A DNA stretch of 64,000 nucleotides from an uncultured Conexibacteraceae bacterium (GCA_963720195.1 CAVRFD010000015.1:5690-69689); one strand, 5' to 3'; positions 30,914-41,267 are shown, counted from the first letter of the stretch. Translations and numbers: made by a program. Notes: a model not told the origin generated them from the letters alone.

Positions 30914-32353
30914 TCAGATGACTTTGATGATCGCCGCGCTCCCCGCTTTAACGGGGATCGTGACGGAGCCGGTGTCGAGCTTGACGGGCCGGTAGCGCGG
31001 TGGCTGGAGTACGCCGTTGGGCGTGATCTGGCGTCCGCCGAGGGTGATGCCGCTCGTGGAGGTCGAGGCGAGGCCGAGCGGTGAGGACGTCTGGAGCGTC
31101 GTCTCCGACGCCGAGTGATAGCTGTGGCGCGGCAGCCGGACGGTCACGGTCGCTGGTCCGCCGAGGTTGTCGAGGATGACCGACAGGGATCCGTCCTTGG
31201 ACCTCACGGCGTAGGCACGGAGGCTGGCTGTGTCCGGGTCGGCGAGCGTCAGAAACCGCCCCGGGGTGACCTGCAGCGCCGCCAGCAACCCGTAGAAGTC
31301 CGGGCGGGCGACGAGGTGCCGCCCGTGGCCGACGGTGCACAGCGGGCTGTACTGGGCGCAACCCGCGATCCGCCCCTGGAAGTTGACCTCGGCCAGCCCC
31401 TCATGCGCGAGCAGCAGGGTGTAGTCAAGCGTCCACAGCGCTGAGGCGAAGACATTGCTCGTCCCGGGAGCACCCCAGCAGACGGCGGAGTTGGTCTCGT
31501 CGATGATCGCTGGAACATGGGCAATGACTCCGGCCGAAACGGCTGCGTCGGCGGCCGCCTTCTCGCGGCGCCAGTCACGCAGCGAGAGCAGGTCGGCGAT
31601 CGTCGGGCGGTTGCCACCGCAGGCGCTCTCCGGATAGTTGTGGAAGGTCAGCGTCGAGATCTGGCCTTCGCCCGCCTGCTGGCGGGCGAAGGCTTTGAGC
31701 CACGCGGTGTCGCCGCTCGCGGCGTCCGGGCCGACCAGGGGCACCGCTGGAACTGCCGCGTGCAGCGCCCGGGCGTAACCGCGGAACCGCTGCAGGTAGG
31801 TGTCCTCGCTGATGCCGTAGTGATCGGGCTCGTTGCCGGGCTCGATGGCGGCCAGCTTCGAGCCCAGGATCCGGGCCGCGTAACGGGCCTCGTCTACGGC
31901 ACGCGCCGGGTCGTAATGACGCAGGTTGACGCCGAGAATCACCCGCCAGCCGGTGCTCCTCAGGGCGGCCGCCAAAGTTCGGAGCGAGGCTGGCGTTACG
32001 ACGCCCTGGGTGGCCCACGCCGGAGGGGGCTCGTCGTGGGAAGTCCACAAGCTCTCGTCCAGGGAGTTGCCTCCGATACGCAGAAGACCGTGCGGCCCTA
32101 TCGCCCGTAGATACTCAGCCAGGTTCGAACCCTGGAACTGGTCCTTCGTCAGCGTCCAGTTCTCCACCGCCAGTCCGATGAACGCCGGCGGCAACGAGCG
32201 CCCCTCCGGCCGCGGCGATATCGTCACGACGACTCGGAGCGCGGCAGCACGCGGGCCTAGCGCCGCCTGGGCACCGGCGCAGAGCGACGCGACGGCCAGA
32301 GCCGCCACCAGTACGACACGGACACGCCGCCCAGGTGCAGGACGCGTCCTCAC
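30914..32353 (-). CDS. Secreted glycoside hydrolase family 79 (beta-glucuronidase/heparanase-like)
   Basis: LRIGGNS.D, GNEPD (acid/base), DETNS (nucleophile), SNVFASALW.LDY, RP.FYGL. Confidence 0.88.
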   Translation of the reverse strand: MRTRPAPGRRVRVVLVAALAVASLCAGAQAALGPRAAALRVVVTISPRPEGRSLPPAFIGLAVENWTLTKDQFQGSNLAEYLRAIGPHGLLRIGGNSLDESLWTSHDEPPPAWATQGVVTPASLRTLAAALRSTGWRVILGVNLRHYDPARAVDEARYAARILGSKLAAIEPGNEPDHYGISEDTYLQRFRGYARALHAAVPAVPLVGPDAASGDTAWLKAFARQQAGEGQISTLTFHNYPESACGGNRPTIADLLSLRDWRREKAAADAAVSAGVIAHVPAIIDETNSAVCWGAPGTSNVFASALWTLDYTLLLAHEGLAEVNFQGRIAGCAQYSPLCTVGHGRHLVARPDFYGLLAALQVTPGRFLTLADPDTASLRAYAVRSKDGSLSVILDNLGGPATVTVRLPRHSYHSASETTLQTSSPLGLASTSTSGITLGGRQITPNGVLQPPRYRPVKLDTGSVTIPVKAGSAAIIKVI

Positions 32354-32741
32354 GCGAGGATCCTTCGGGACCCGTGACGCCAGTGCGTGCGATATGTGCC
32401 GTTCATGGCCAATGTTTACGGGCTCCGTGTCCTGTCTCCCCGATGGCGTATCGGTTCCGCGCCGGCGCGCGCCTGTCCGTCCCGAGCTTGGTGCATCCCC
32501 GGAGGGGCCTTCGCATGTGTGGCGAAAGTGTGACGGCGTGTGACGTCTCTGTCACAGGGATCGGCATTGTCGAACGATTTCGCAGAGTCGTGACACCACG
32601 GCACACTCTCGTCACACGTGCGAGGTGCTCTCTGAGGAGGTGGCGACCTCAACCGCGACCGCGACGGCGACCTCGATTCGGTCGCCATCGGGCGAGGGCA
32701 TGCGGTGGGCCGAACCTGAGCCAAGGCCTGGATCGCTCGCT

Positions 32742-32755
32742 ACCAAGCGCTTGGT
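32742..32755. promoter_or_regulatory. KstR2-type operator overlapping -10 (TAGGCT)
   Basis: ACCAAGCGCTTGGT inside a perfect 18-bp palindrome at 32740-32757; matches AnCAAGnnCTTGnT. Confidence 0.85.
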
Positions 32756-32768
32756 AGGCTTCGAAGGT

Positions 32769-33497
32769 GTGACGGGAGAGAGCTTGCTGTCGGGGCGGCG
32801 CGCGGTGGTGACCGGCGCGTCAAGCGACATCGGCCGTGCCGTGTGCACGGCTCTAGTTCAGATGGGAGCTCACGTGGTCGCGAGTGACCTGGAGAGCCCT
32901 CGGTTCAGTTCGCTCTCGGAGCTCGGTGCGGAGTTGCTGCCCGCCGACCTCACGTCGAGCGAGCAGCTGCGCGGGTTGTCAACCGCGGCGGCGGACATCT
33001 TTGTCAGCGTTGCTGGGCTGGCACACGTCGAACGTTTCACCGAGAGCGACCCATCGCTCTGGGGCAAGATGTGGGAACTCAACCTCCGTGCCCCGATGCT
33101 GCTCTCGCACGGACTGGTGCCGTCGATGGTCGAGAACGGCTGGGGGCGGCTTGTGTACATATCTTCGGACAGCGCACGGGCGGGCGCGGGCGGCGAGGCG
33201 GTCTACGCGGCAACCAAAGCGGGACTGTTCGGCTTCGCGAAGTCGCTCGCACGGGAGGTGGCCGCCGCCGGTGTCACGGCGAACGTCATCTGCCCTGGCG
33301 TGATCGACACGGAGCGCTCGCGAGCGATCCTCGCCGACCACGAGCGAATGGCCGATGCGCTGCTGCGATCGATCCCCGCCCGCCGGCTCGGCCAGCCCGT
33401 CGACGTGGCAGGCGCAGTCGCCTACCTCTGCTCACCAGCAGCCTCCTACGTGACCGGCCAGGTGCTGAGCGTGGACGGCGGCATCACCATGGCCTGA
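32769..33497 (+). CDS. SDR family oxidoreductase
   Basis: [33 protein letters not shown]; GTG start at 32769. Confidence 0.92.
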   Translation: MTGESLLSGRRAVVTGASSDIGRAVCTALVQMGAHVVASDLESPRFSSLSELGAELLPADLTSSEQLRGLSTAAADIFVSVAGLAHVERFTESDPSLWGKMWELNLRAPMLLSHGLVPSMVENGWGRLVYISSDSARAGAGGEAVYAATKAGLFGFAKSLAREVAAAGVTANVICPGVIDTERSRAILADHERMADALLRSIPARRLGQPVDVAGAVAYLCSPAASYVTGQVLSVDGGITMA

Positions 33498-33535
33498 CGC
33501 CGATCCCGGGCGGTGGCCAGCGGGCCACCGCCGCG

Positions 33536-33757
33536 TCAGTCTGTGAGCCGGTAGACCTCGAAGACTGCGTCGGGACACACGATCTGGCATGCGGTGCAGC
33601 CGGTACACCCCTCATGCAGCACGGGATAGCGGTAGCCCATGGCGTTCACGTCGGCCGACATCTCGAGCACACGCGGCGGGCAGGCGGCGATGCACAGCTC
33701 GCAGCCCTTGCACTGGTCGACCTCGATCACAAGCGTGCCCTTTGAGCCGGTGCTCAT
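33536..33757 (-). CDS. 2x[4Fe-4S] ferredoxin (2-oxoacid oxidoreductase delta subunit)
   Basis: CKGCELCIAACP and CTGCTACQIVCP. Confidence 0.92.
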   Translation of the reverse strand: MSTGSKGTLVIEVDQCKGCELCIAACPPRVLEMSADVNAMGYRYPVLHEGCTGCTACQIVCPDAVFEVYRLTD

Positions 33758-34494
33758 ATCGCGTCGTCCTCCAACAGCCGCAGGACGCGCGACAGGTCCT
33801 CCTGGGTCCCGACCGCGCTGTCGTCGATGACCTGGCGATCCCGCAGCGTCTGGAGCGCGTGGTCACAGAGCATCCGGATGTGCTGGATCACGACCGTGCG
33901 CGCTCTCTCTGCGTCGCCGCGACGGATCGCGTCGAACTCCTGGACGATCAGCCGTCTCTCCTCATCCACCGAGCGGCCCATCGAAAGCCGGGATGCAGCC
34001 GGGACGAGCCCCGTGAACGTCTGCATGAGCGCCCGAAGGTGAGGACCTGCAGAGCTCGTGTTGATAATTCGGCGGAAGTTGCGTGCGGTGCGCTCGAATG
34101 CCTCGATTCCCTCCGCGCGCTCCACCTGGCCGACGGCATCCTCGAGCCTCTCGAGCAGCTCAGGATCGCCGGCTTCCGCGGCACGACCGGTGGTCAGGGC
34201 GCTCAGGAGCGCATAGAGGTCGAAAGCCTCTCTGATGGTCGAGCCGTCGAACTGGGCGACGAAGGCGCCGCGGTGATACGGCACCTCCACGATCCCGTCG
34301 CGCTCCAGTGTGAGCAACGCCTCCCGCACCGGCGCCCGGCTCACGCCGAGGCGAGCCGCGATCGCGTCCAGGTCTATCCGGTCGCCGGCCCGCAGCTCAC
34401 CAGCGAACAGCATGTCCAACAGTCGCTCGGCGACGACGTCGCTGGTCTTGACGCGGACGAGAGCCCCGGAACCCAGATTGCTGACGACAGCCAA
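33754..34494 (-). CDS. GntR family regulator (FCD domain)
   Basis: GELRAGDRI....A..LGVSRAPVREAL..LE.DG.V....RGAFV; TTG after GGAGG. Confidence 0.92.
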   Translation of the reverse strand: MAVVSNLGSGALVRVKTSDVVAERLLDMLFAGELRAGDRIDLDAIAARLGVSRAPVREALLTLERDGIVEVPYHRGAFVAQFDGSTIREAFDLYALLSALTTGRAAEAGDPELLERLEDAVGQVERAEGIEAFERTARNFRRIINTSSAGPHLRALMQTFTGLVPAASRLSMGRSVDEERRLIVQEFDAIRRGDAERARTVVIQHIRMLCDHALQTLRDRQVIDDSAVGTQEDLSRVLRLLEDDAI

Positions 34495-34496
34495 GG

Positions 34497-35285
34497 TCAG
34501 CCGTCCTCCAGCTGACGTCCGCGCAGCACACCCAGCGGATACGCAGAACGCATCGACTCGTCCAGGTAGTCCGGCCCGCCCTGCGCCGAGACGAACCAGC
34601 CGGTCGGGCACATGGTCAGGATCTCAACGAGGCTGAACCCCTCTCCGGCGACCTGGTTTTCAAGCGCAGATCTGATCATGCGCTTTGTCCGCATCACCTC
34701 TCGTGCGGAGTTGACGGTGCCGCGGCCGACGTAACCGACTCCGTCCAGGCTGGCAATGATGTCCGCGATCCGGATCGGATAGCCATGCTGTTCCGCGTTC
34801 CGTCCCTCAAGGCTCGTCTTGGTGCGCTGGCCGAGGACGGTTGTCGCGGTCTGCTGGCCGCCCGTATCGCCGAACACGCCGTTGTTGAGCAGGATGCACG
34901 TGATGTTCTCGCCGCGCGCCGCAGCGTGGACGACCTCCTGTAGGCCCTCATTGACCATGTCCCCGTCCCCCTGCAAGGTGAACACAGCCGAGTCCGGGCG
35001 CATGCGCTTGATTCCGGTTGCGCAGGATGGCGCCCGGCCGTGCAGACACTGGAGCACGTCGACATCCATGATCCGGACGAAGCTTCCATAACAGCCGTGC
35101 CCCACGACGCCGATGGTCCGCTGGACCAGGTCGAGCTCCTCCAGAACCTCCAACAGGACGCGGAGCGCGACAGGCTCACCGCAGCCGGGACACAGCGCAT
35201 GCTCGCCCAGGATCAGTGGCGTGTGGAACTCGGCGACCTTTTGAGCCGGCTCGGCAGGGGGATTGTGTGTGTCGACTACGGTCAT
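34497..35285 (-). CDS. 2-oxoacid:ferredoxin oxidoreductase beta subunit (TPP-binding)
   Basis: CPGCGE, HGRAP, QGDGD...NNG.FG.TGGQ, EIL..CP. Confidence 0.92.
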   Translation of the reverse strand: MTVVDTHNPPAEPAQKVAEFHTPLILGEHALCPGCGEPVALRVLLEVLEELDLVQRTIGVVGHGCYGSFVRIMDVDVLQCLHGRAPSCATGIKRMRPDSAVFTLQGDGDMVNEGLQEVVHAAARGENITCILLNNGVFGDTGGQQTATTVLGQRTKTSLEGRNAEQHGYPIRIADIIASLDGVGYVGRGTVNSAREVMRTKRMIRSALENQVAGEGFSLVEILTMCPTGWFVSAQGGPDYLDESMRSAYPLGVLRGRQLEDG

Positions 35286-35307
35286 CTCTTAGTCCGTTTC
35301 GTGTGGA

Positions 35308-36393
35308 TCAGGCCATCGCCGCAAGGATGCGTTCACGGATCACCGGTACGTCCAGCAACGGCCCGTAGCTGAGTCCCGACTCGTGGATGCTCACGCCGCC
35401 GATCGCCCGCACCGTTCCGCGGTCATGAACGAACTGCCGAACGTCGTCGATCATCTGCCCGGCGTTGAGCTCGAACACCAGGACCCGCTTTGCCGAGACG
35501 GAGGCCGCCGCGAGTGCCTCTCCGGGGAACGGCCAGAGCGTGATCGGCCGGAACTGGCCGATCGCGTGACCCTCGGCGCGCAGCTCCTCGACGACATGCT
35601 CGGTGAACTTCGCCGCGGACCCGAATGCCACCACGAGGGTTTCACAGCCCTCGGTGTGCAGGGCCTCCCACCGTTGCTCTGCGGCGGCGATCCGATCGAA
35701 CTTCTCAGCTATCGCGCGCCAATGACCGTCCGGGCCCAGACCCGGTTCAGTGACCTTGCCCATCGCCCACGTCCACACCTGGCGCGAGTGTCCGGTGCCG
35801 CCCATCGACCCATCGAGCGCCCACTCCTTGGCGGCGAGCTCCGGAAGCTCCAAGGGCTCGAGCCTTACGCCGACTCGCGTTTGCGCAATCAGCGGGTCGC
35901 CGTACAGGATCGCCGGTGCGCGGTACGCGTCGGCCAGGTGAAACAGCAACTGCGTGTGCTCGACGGCCTCCGGGATGTCCTTCGGCGCCAGCGTCAGCGT
36001 TCTGTAATCGCCCCAGCCACCTCCGCGCGTGCATTGGAAGTAGTCCTGCTGATTACGAGCCATGTTGAAGACGACCAGGGGCGTCTCGTTCAGAGCTGCC
36101 TCGGCGATGGCCTCCTGCATCAGTGCGATGCCCTGCCCGCAAGAGCCTGTCGCGGCGCGCGCTCCGGTCGACGCGGCGCCGATCACCATATTGATGCCCT
36201 CGATCTCGCTCTCCGCGTTGATGCAGACCCCACCGGCCTCCGGAAGCAACCGAGCCATGTTCTCGAGGAGCCCGGTGAATGGCGACATCGGGTAGCCGGC
36301 GAAGAACCGGCAGTCGGAGAGGATCGCGGCCCGAGCGATTGCTGTGCTGCCCTCCAGCAGCTCCAGCGGCGTCTCCGCAGCCACCGTGCTCAT
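35308..36393 (-). CDS. 2-oxoacid:ferredoxin oxidoreductase alpha subunit (Vor-like)
   Basis: FFAGYPMSP, ESEI, FRPITLWPFP, ELNAGQM. Confidence 0.92.
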   Translation of the reverse strand: MSTVAAETPLELLEGSTAIARAAILSDCRFFAGYPMSPFTGLLENMARLLPEAGGVCINAESEIEGINMVIGAASTGARAATGSCGQGIALMQEAIAEAALNETPLVVFNMARNQQDYFQCTRGGGWGDYRTLTLAPKDIPEAVEHTQLLFHLADAYRAPAILYGDPLIAQTRVGVRLEPLELPELAAKEWALDGSMGGTGHSRQVWTWAMGKVTEPGLGPDGHWRAIAEKFDRIAAAEQRWEALHTEGCETLVVAFGSAAKFTEHVVEELRAEGHAIGQFRPITLWPFPGEALAAASVSAKRVLVFELNAGQMIDDVRQFVHDRGTVRAIGGVSIHESGLSYGPLLDVPVIRERILAAMA

Positions 36394-36974
36394 GCCGGGG
36401 CTCCTGCCACGGGATCCAGATCCTTCGCCGCGTCCGCTCCAATCGAGATCGCAGCGGCGTTGGTGTCGGCATGCTCCCGGCGGTACGGCGGCAGCAGTGA
36501 GCGCATCGCATCGACGAGTTGCTCCGGCTCGACGATTCGGGCGACGGCGTTGAAGGCGCCGAGCAGGATGAAGCCGGCAGTCTGGGGCGCCCCCAGCTCA
36601 CGCGCCATCGTCGTGGCGGGCAGCGCGAGGACCTCGTAGTTCGCGGCAGCCGAGGCGGGATCGACAATCGACGAGTTCACGACCAGGAGCCCACCTGCTC
36701 GGAGCCGCTCCGGAACCGGGCCGCTGAACTTGTCGTGCATCACGATCGCGGCGCCCGCGCTCGGAAGGATCGGCAGGGACCGCAGGGGCTGGTCGCCCAC
36801 GACGACGGTCGACTGCGACGGCCCACCCCGCATCTCCCCGCCGTACTCGGCGGCCAGCATCGCGTGCCGGCCGGCCACCGTCGCCGCCTGCGCCAGCGTC
36901 TTGCCGATCAGCTGGATCCCCTGACCGCCGATGCCGACGATGAGGAGCTCGTACTCAGAGAGGGTCTGCGTCAC
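36390..36974 (-). CDS. 2-oxoacid:ferredoxin oxidoreductase gamma subunit
   Basis: GIGGQGIQL.G..LA.A, YG.EMRGG.S; GTG at 36974. Confidence 0.9.
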   Translation of the reverse strand: MTQTLSEYELLIVGIGGQGIQLIGKTLAQAATVAGRHAMLAAEYGGEMRGGPSQSTVVVGDQPLRSLPILPSAGAAIVMHDKFSGPVPERLRAGGLLVVNSSIVDPASAAANYEVLALPATTMARELGAPQTAGFILLGAFNAVARIVEPEQLVDAMRSLLPPYRREHADTNAAAISIGADAAKDLDPVAGAPA

Positions 36975-37006
36975 TTGGCGACTTAATATATTATCCAAAG
37001 CCTCGA

Positions 37007-38485
37007 ATGTCCATGTTGATCGGCAACAGCGTCGGCGCCAAGGGCCTGGGACAGCCTGACGCGTTGGCGGCAACGCTCGGCGAGCAGGAGATCTCCTTCG
37101 GCGCACTGGACGCGGCCGCAAACCAGATGGCCCGGGCGATTGCGGAGCGCGAGGTCGGACACGGGGACATCGTCATGTGGTGGACAGGGCCGTCGACGAT
37201 GGATGCCCTGGCAGGCATGCTCGCGTGCGCGCGGATCGGGGCCGTCTTCGCGCCCGTCTCGGCACTGCTCAGCGCCGAGGAGGTGGCGCGCATCGTTGAA
37301 TATGCGCGCCCGCGCCTGCTCGCCTGCGACGGCGAGCGGTTCGAGCCCGGTCGTGAGATCGCCGGTGCGCGAGCTGCGCTGGCCGGCGCCGATATGAACG
37401 TCGGAACTGGGTCGAGCTCGGCGGTCCGTGACGTGGGCGTTACGGAGACCGACCCTCACATCCTGTATCTGACGAGCGGTAGCACCGGAGCACCCAAGGG
37501 AGTACTCGTCAGCCACCGGGCAAGCTGGCTGCGCTCCTGGCCGGAGGCGGGTGCGCCGCGACCTGACGGCGTGTTGTGCACCTTCCCCCTGTACCACTAC
37601 GGCGGCTGGCACTACGTGATCGAGGCGTGGTTGCATGGCACCAGCGTGCACCTTGTCGAGAGGGCCGATGGCTCACACGTGGCCGAGGCGATTGAGCGCC
37701 GTCGACCAGAGGCGATCTACTGCATCCCAGCGGTGTGGGAGCGGGTGCTGGCCGAGAACGGCGACTTCAGCTCGATCCGCTATGCGGACACGGGCACGTC
37801 CGCGTTTGCCGCGGATCTGATCGGGCGCATCCGCGACCGTATGCCAGAGACCCTGACCCGTGTCCTATACGGCGCGAGCGAGGCAGGCAGGATGGCTGCG
37901 CTCGAGCACTCCGACATCGGACAGCGGCCGGGCAGCGTCGGGCGCGCGGTCGGAGCCGGCGCGATCACGCTCGCCGACGACTCTGAAGTCATCTTCTCCG
38001 GACCGACGGTCATGAACGGCTATCTCCACATGCCGGAAGCGACAGCGGCCGCGCTGGGGGACGGCGGTTACCGGACCGGCGACCTTGGTCGGTTGGACGC
38101 CGATGGGTTCCTGTACATCACGGGCAGGAAGAGCGAAGCGATAAGAACCGGCGGCGAGTGGGTCTCGCCGGTGGAGGTGGAAGCGGCGATTGGCACGCTT
38201 CCGGGAGTGAGCGACCTTGCAGTGATCGGCATCCCCGACCCCAACTGGGGTGACGTCGTGTGCCTCGCGGTGGTCCCGAGCGGAGACACCCCGCCGCCCA
38301 CGGTCGACGATCTGCATCGAAGGCTCGCCGGGCTTGCTCGCCACAAGCACCCCCGGCGCATCGTCGCAGTCGATGAGATCCCTCGTACGACGGCAACTGG
38401 ACAGATTGTTCGCCGCGCGATTCGTGACAACGTGACCGCACAGCTCGAACCTGACGTGGATACCGACAGGGCCGCCACCGCATGA
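37007..38485 (+). CDS. Acyl-CoA synthetase (class I adenylate-forming)
   Basis: TSGSTGAPKG, YGASE, TGDLG, GRKSE.IRTGGE. Confidence 0.92.
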   Translation: MSMLIGNSVGAKGLGQPDALAATLGEQEISFGALDAAANQMARAIAEREVGHGDIVMWWTGPSTMDALAGMLACARIGAVFAPVSALLSAEEVARIVEYARPRLLACDGERFEPGREIAGARAALAGADMNVGTGSSSAVRDVGVTETDPHILYLTSGSTGAPKGVLVSHRASWLRSWPEAGAPRPDGVLCTFPLYHYGGWHYVIEAWLHGTSVHLVERADGSHVAEAIERRRPEAIYCIPAVWERVLAENGDFSSIRYADTGTSAFAADLIGRIRDRMPETLTRVLYGASEAGRMAALEHSDIGQRPGSVGRAVGAGAITLADDSEVIFSGPTVMNGYLHMPEATAAALGDGGYRTGDLGRLDADGFLYITGRKSEAIRTGGEWVSPVEVEAAIGTLPGVSDLAVIGIPDPNWGDVVCLAVVPSGDTPPPTVDDLHRRLAGLARHKHPRRIVAVDEIPRTTATGQIVRRAIRDNVTAQLEPDVDTDRAATA

Positions 38486-39234
38486 AGCTGCCCGACGGCC
38501 TCTCACTCGGTTTCAGCAGCGGTGATGCGGTGATCGTCACCGGCGCGGGCAGTGGGATCGGAGCCGCGACTGCTCTCGGCGCCGCCCGTCTCGGTCTCAA
38601 GGTGGCAGCCTGGGACGTTCAGACCACCGGCCTGGAGCCGGTGGTAGACGGGATCGTCGCGGGCGGCGGCACGGCCATTGGTGCCCGCGTCGATGTCAGC
38701 GATCCGGATGCTGTGCGGCGCGCGCTCTCAGAGAGCACTGAGCAGCTCGGGCAGATCCGGTACCTCGTGAACAACGCCGGACCGGCGAGCGCGGTGGAAT
38801 ATCAGTTCAACGAAGCCCTGATGCTTGCGGCCGGCAGCGTGCGCGATGTGGCGACCGCATGGCTCGACAACGGGGTGCCGAAGGATGCAGCGCTCGTCAA
38901 CGTGGCCTCGGTCGCAGGCAACGTGATCGGGACGGCCCCGGACTGGTACCCGGCAGCCAAGGCGGCGATCATGGGCTACACGCGCCACCTGGCCGCCTAC
39001 CGGAGCGGGGACGTTCGCGCCAATGCGGTTGCGCCCGGGATGACCGACACACCGCGCCTCGCAACATTTCGCGACAGCGAAATCGGGCAGAGCGTGATCG
39101 GGCGGATCCCCTTGCGGCGGATGGCGACACCCGAGGAGATTGCCTGGCCGATCCTGTTCCTCCTCTCCCCTCTGGCCTCCTACATCAACGGCGCCCTGCT
39201 CATCGTCGACGGCGGTTGGACGGTTACCCAGTAG
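38482..39234 (+). CDS. SDR family oxidoreductase
   Basis: TGAGSGIG, VNNAG, YPAAK. Confidence 0.92.
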   Translation: MKLPDGLSLGFSSGDAVIVTGAGSGIGAATALGAARLGLKVAAWDVQTTGLEPVVDGIVAGGGTAIGARVDVSDPDAVRRALSESTEQLGQIRYLVNNAGPASAVEYQFNEALMLAAGSVRDVATAWLDNGVPKDAALVNVASVAGNVIGTAPDWYPAAKAAIMGYTRHLAAYRSGDVRANAVAPGMTDTPRLATFRDSEIGQSVIGRIPLRRMATPEEIAWPILFLLSPLASYINGALLIVDGGWTVTQ

Positions 39235-39240
39235 ACGGCT

Positions 39241-39254
39241 ACCAAGCGCTTGTT
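39241..39254. promoter_or_regulatory. KstR2-type operator overlapping -10 (TAGGAT)
   Basis: ACCAAGCGCTTGTT. Confidence 0.85.
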
Positions 39255-39266
39255 AGGATGACTTGC

Positions 39267-40049
39267 GTGAGCACCGTCGCTGTGATCGGTCTCGGAGACC
39301 TCGGACTCGCCTGTGCGACGCGGCTCCACGCGGTGGGAGTTGAAACGATCGGCGTGGATCCCTCGACCGAGAGGCGCGCCGAATGGCACGCGGCGACGGG
39401 CCTGACCGCGGCCGCTTCAGTCGACGACGTGCGCGCAGACCGGACCCTGATCTGCGTGCGTACGACGGCCCAGGCGGAGAGTGTGCTCGAGCGACTGCGC
39501 GAGATCTCCGGTCCGCAGGTGACACCCGCGTACGTGATCACCACCCTGGAACCGGCGTTCGCGCGCCGCCTCTCAGATCTGGCCAGTGACGACGTCCGCG
39601 TGGTCGAACTGCCCGTGTCCGGCGGGCGCGCCGGCGCGCTGCGCGGCGAGCTGACCGTCATGGTCGGCGGCTCCGCGGCCCAGGAGGACGACGTCGTGTT
39701 CCTCAAGGAGACCCTCGCGCAGCGTGTCTTTCGGTTCGAGCGATTCGGCGACGCGACGCTGGTCAAGCTTCTGAACAACACGCTCGGCGCTTACAACGCG
39801 GCCGCGTTCGCAACCTGTCTGAACCTCGCAGAGCGAGCGGGCGTCAACCCTTCAGAGTGCGCCGCCGTCATCACTTCGTCGTCGGGATCGAGCTGGATGG
39901 CCGAGCACTTCACCACGCTCGTCGACGACCTGCTCGCGAAGGACGCCGCACTTCTGGCGCAGGACCTCGGTGAGCTACCGCGCCTCGACCTCTCGCAGGC
40001 CGACGAGTTCCTCGCCGCGCTCGCACACGCTCGCGGCCTCATTCGCTGA
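39267..40049 (+). CDS. NAD(P)-dependent beta-hydroxyacid dehydrogenase family protein
   Basis: GLGDLG, PVSGG..GA..G.L.VMVGG, KLLNN, SSGSSW. Confidence 0.88.
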   Translation: MSTVAVIGLGDLGLACATRLHAVGVETIGVDPSTERRAEWHAATGLTAAASVDDVRADRTLICVRTTAQAESVLERLREISGPQVTPAYVITTLEPAFARRLSDLASDDVRVVELPVSGGRAGALRGELTVMVGGSAAQEDDVVFLKETLAQRVFRFERFGDATLVKLLNNTLGAYNAAAFATCLNLAERAGVNPSECAAVITSSSGSSWMAEHFTTLVDDLLAKDAALLAQDLGELPRLDLSQADEFLAALAHARGLIR

Positions 40050-40060
40050 GCGGGCGCCCC

Positions 40061-40102
40061 AAAAAAAACAGCCCGCCGAGGCGCTTGAGCACCTCGGCGG
40101 GC
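40061..40102 (-). terminator. Intrinsic terminator of the substrate-binding protein gene
   Basis: GCCCGCCGAGG...CCTCGGCGGGC stem with an A8 tract on + (U tract on -). Confidence 0.85.
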
Positions 40103-40130
40103 CGGGACTACTGCAGGCGGAGGAGCGCGC

Positions 40131-41267
40131 CTAACCGAGTCCCCAGAGCGTCTTGAACTGCTGCTGGTAATCGACCACGTTCGCGAACAGCGTGGCCCCT
40201 GCATTGGACGGGAGGTTCGCCTTCGTGATCGTCCAGACCGGCAGGGTCGCGTCGTTGAGGTCGACCTTGTACGACTTACCCGCGAACATGCGGGCGAGCA
40301 GGTCGATCTCGCGCCAGTAGACCTCCGGGAAGCTGACACCGATTCCGGAGGAGACCTGACCAGCCTTGATGGCGGCTGCGACGGTCCCGTTCATGCTGAT
40401 CGTCGTGATCTTGGCATTCGAGACGCCTGCACCCTTGAGCGCGACGGGGACGCCGGTGATCATGTCGTCGTAGCCCAGCCACGTCCACTGAATGCTCGGG
40501 TTGGCAGTCAGGTACGTGCTGACCCGCGTCGGCAGATCTGTTCCGATGCTGGTCACAGGAACGATCAGCGGCTTGACCGTGCACCCTGCGCACTGTGCCT
40601 TGACCTCCTTACCGAAGGCGGCGTTCTCCTGAACCATGTTCGGGAAGCCATTTGGCACCACGCTGCCGACGGTTGCCTTCTTGTTGGTCATGCTCGCGAG
40701 GATGTAGTCCGCGACCTCCTTGCCCTGAACCTGGTTCAGGGTCGGGCCGCCGACGACGTACATGCCTTTGCCGGTGGAATCGCCGACGAAGGCCTCGAGC
40801 ACAGGGATGTGCATCTTCGCCAACTTCGTGACCTCGGTCGCGAACAACGCGCGGGCAAAGCCGGAGCCGATCACTGCGCTCGGCTTGTTGTTGACCGCCT
40901 GCGTGTAGGCGTCGGCGATGGTCTGCGCAGACGTACCCGCGTTGATCCGCACCAGCTTCCAGTGCAGCAGGTTGGTCGCGCTCTGCAGGATGTTGCCCTC
41001 AACCGCGCAGGCCGGGACACCACACTGGATGAAGTCGATCGTCTTGCCCTTCGGGATCTTGGCTCCCACCGGAGTGGTGATCCCGATACTGGTCGGACGC
41101 CGCTCGTAGTTCTTGTTTGCAACCACAGCAGCTCCGAACGGAGCGCTCGCTGCGGATGCCTTACCGCTCGAACTCGAGTGCGCGCCGGCACTCGCGGCTA
41201 TCGCGAGCGCGCCGGCGCAGACGCCGGCGATTGCAAGGCTCCGGCTGTGGCCGAAGTTGAAGCTCAT
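40131..41267 (-). CDS. Sugar-type (CUT2) ABC transporter substrate-binding protein
   Basis: Signal peptide; periplasmic binding protein type I pattern (C.GCTV..L, YL.ANP.I, YDDM..GV..AL..AG). Confidence 0.8.
   Translation of the reverse strand: MSFNFGHSRSLAIAGVCAGALAIAASAGAHSSSSGKASAASAPFGAAVVANKNYERRPTSIGITTPVGAKIPKGKTIDFIQCGVPACAVEGNILQSATNLLHWKLVRINAGTSAQTIADAYTQAVNNKPSAVIGSGFARALFATEVTKLAKMHIPVLEAFVGDSTGKGMYVVGGPTLNQVQGKEVADYILASMTNKKATVGSVVPNGFPNMVQENAAFGKEVKAQCAGCTVKPLIVPVTSIGTDLPTRVSTYLTANPSIQWTWLGYDDMITGVPVALKGAGVSNAKITTISMNGTVAAAIKAGQVSSGIGVSFPEVYWREIDLLARMFAGKSYKVDLNDATLPVWTITKANLPSNAGATLFANVVDYQQQFKTLWGLG

Noticed and set aside
32539-32556. CRP/Rex site
   Set aside because: Spacing is TGTGA-N8-TCACA, not N6
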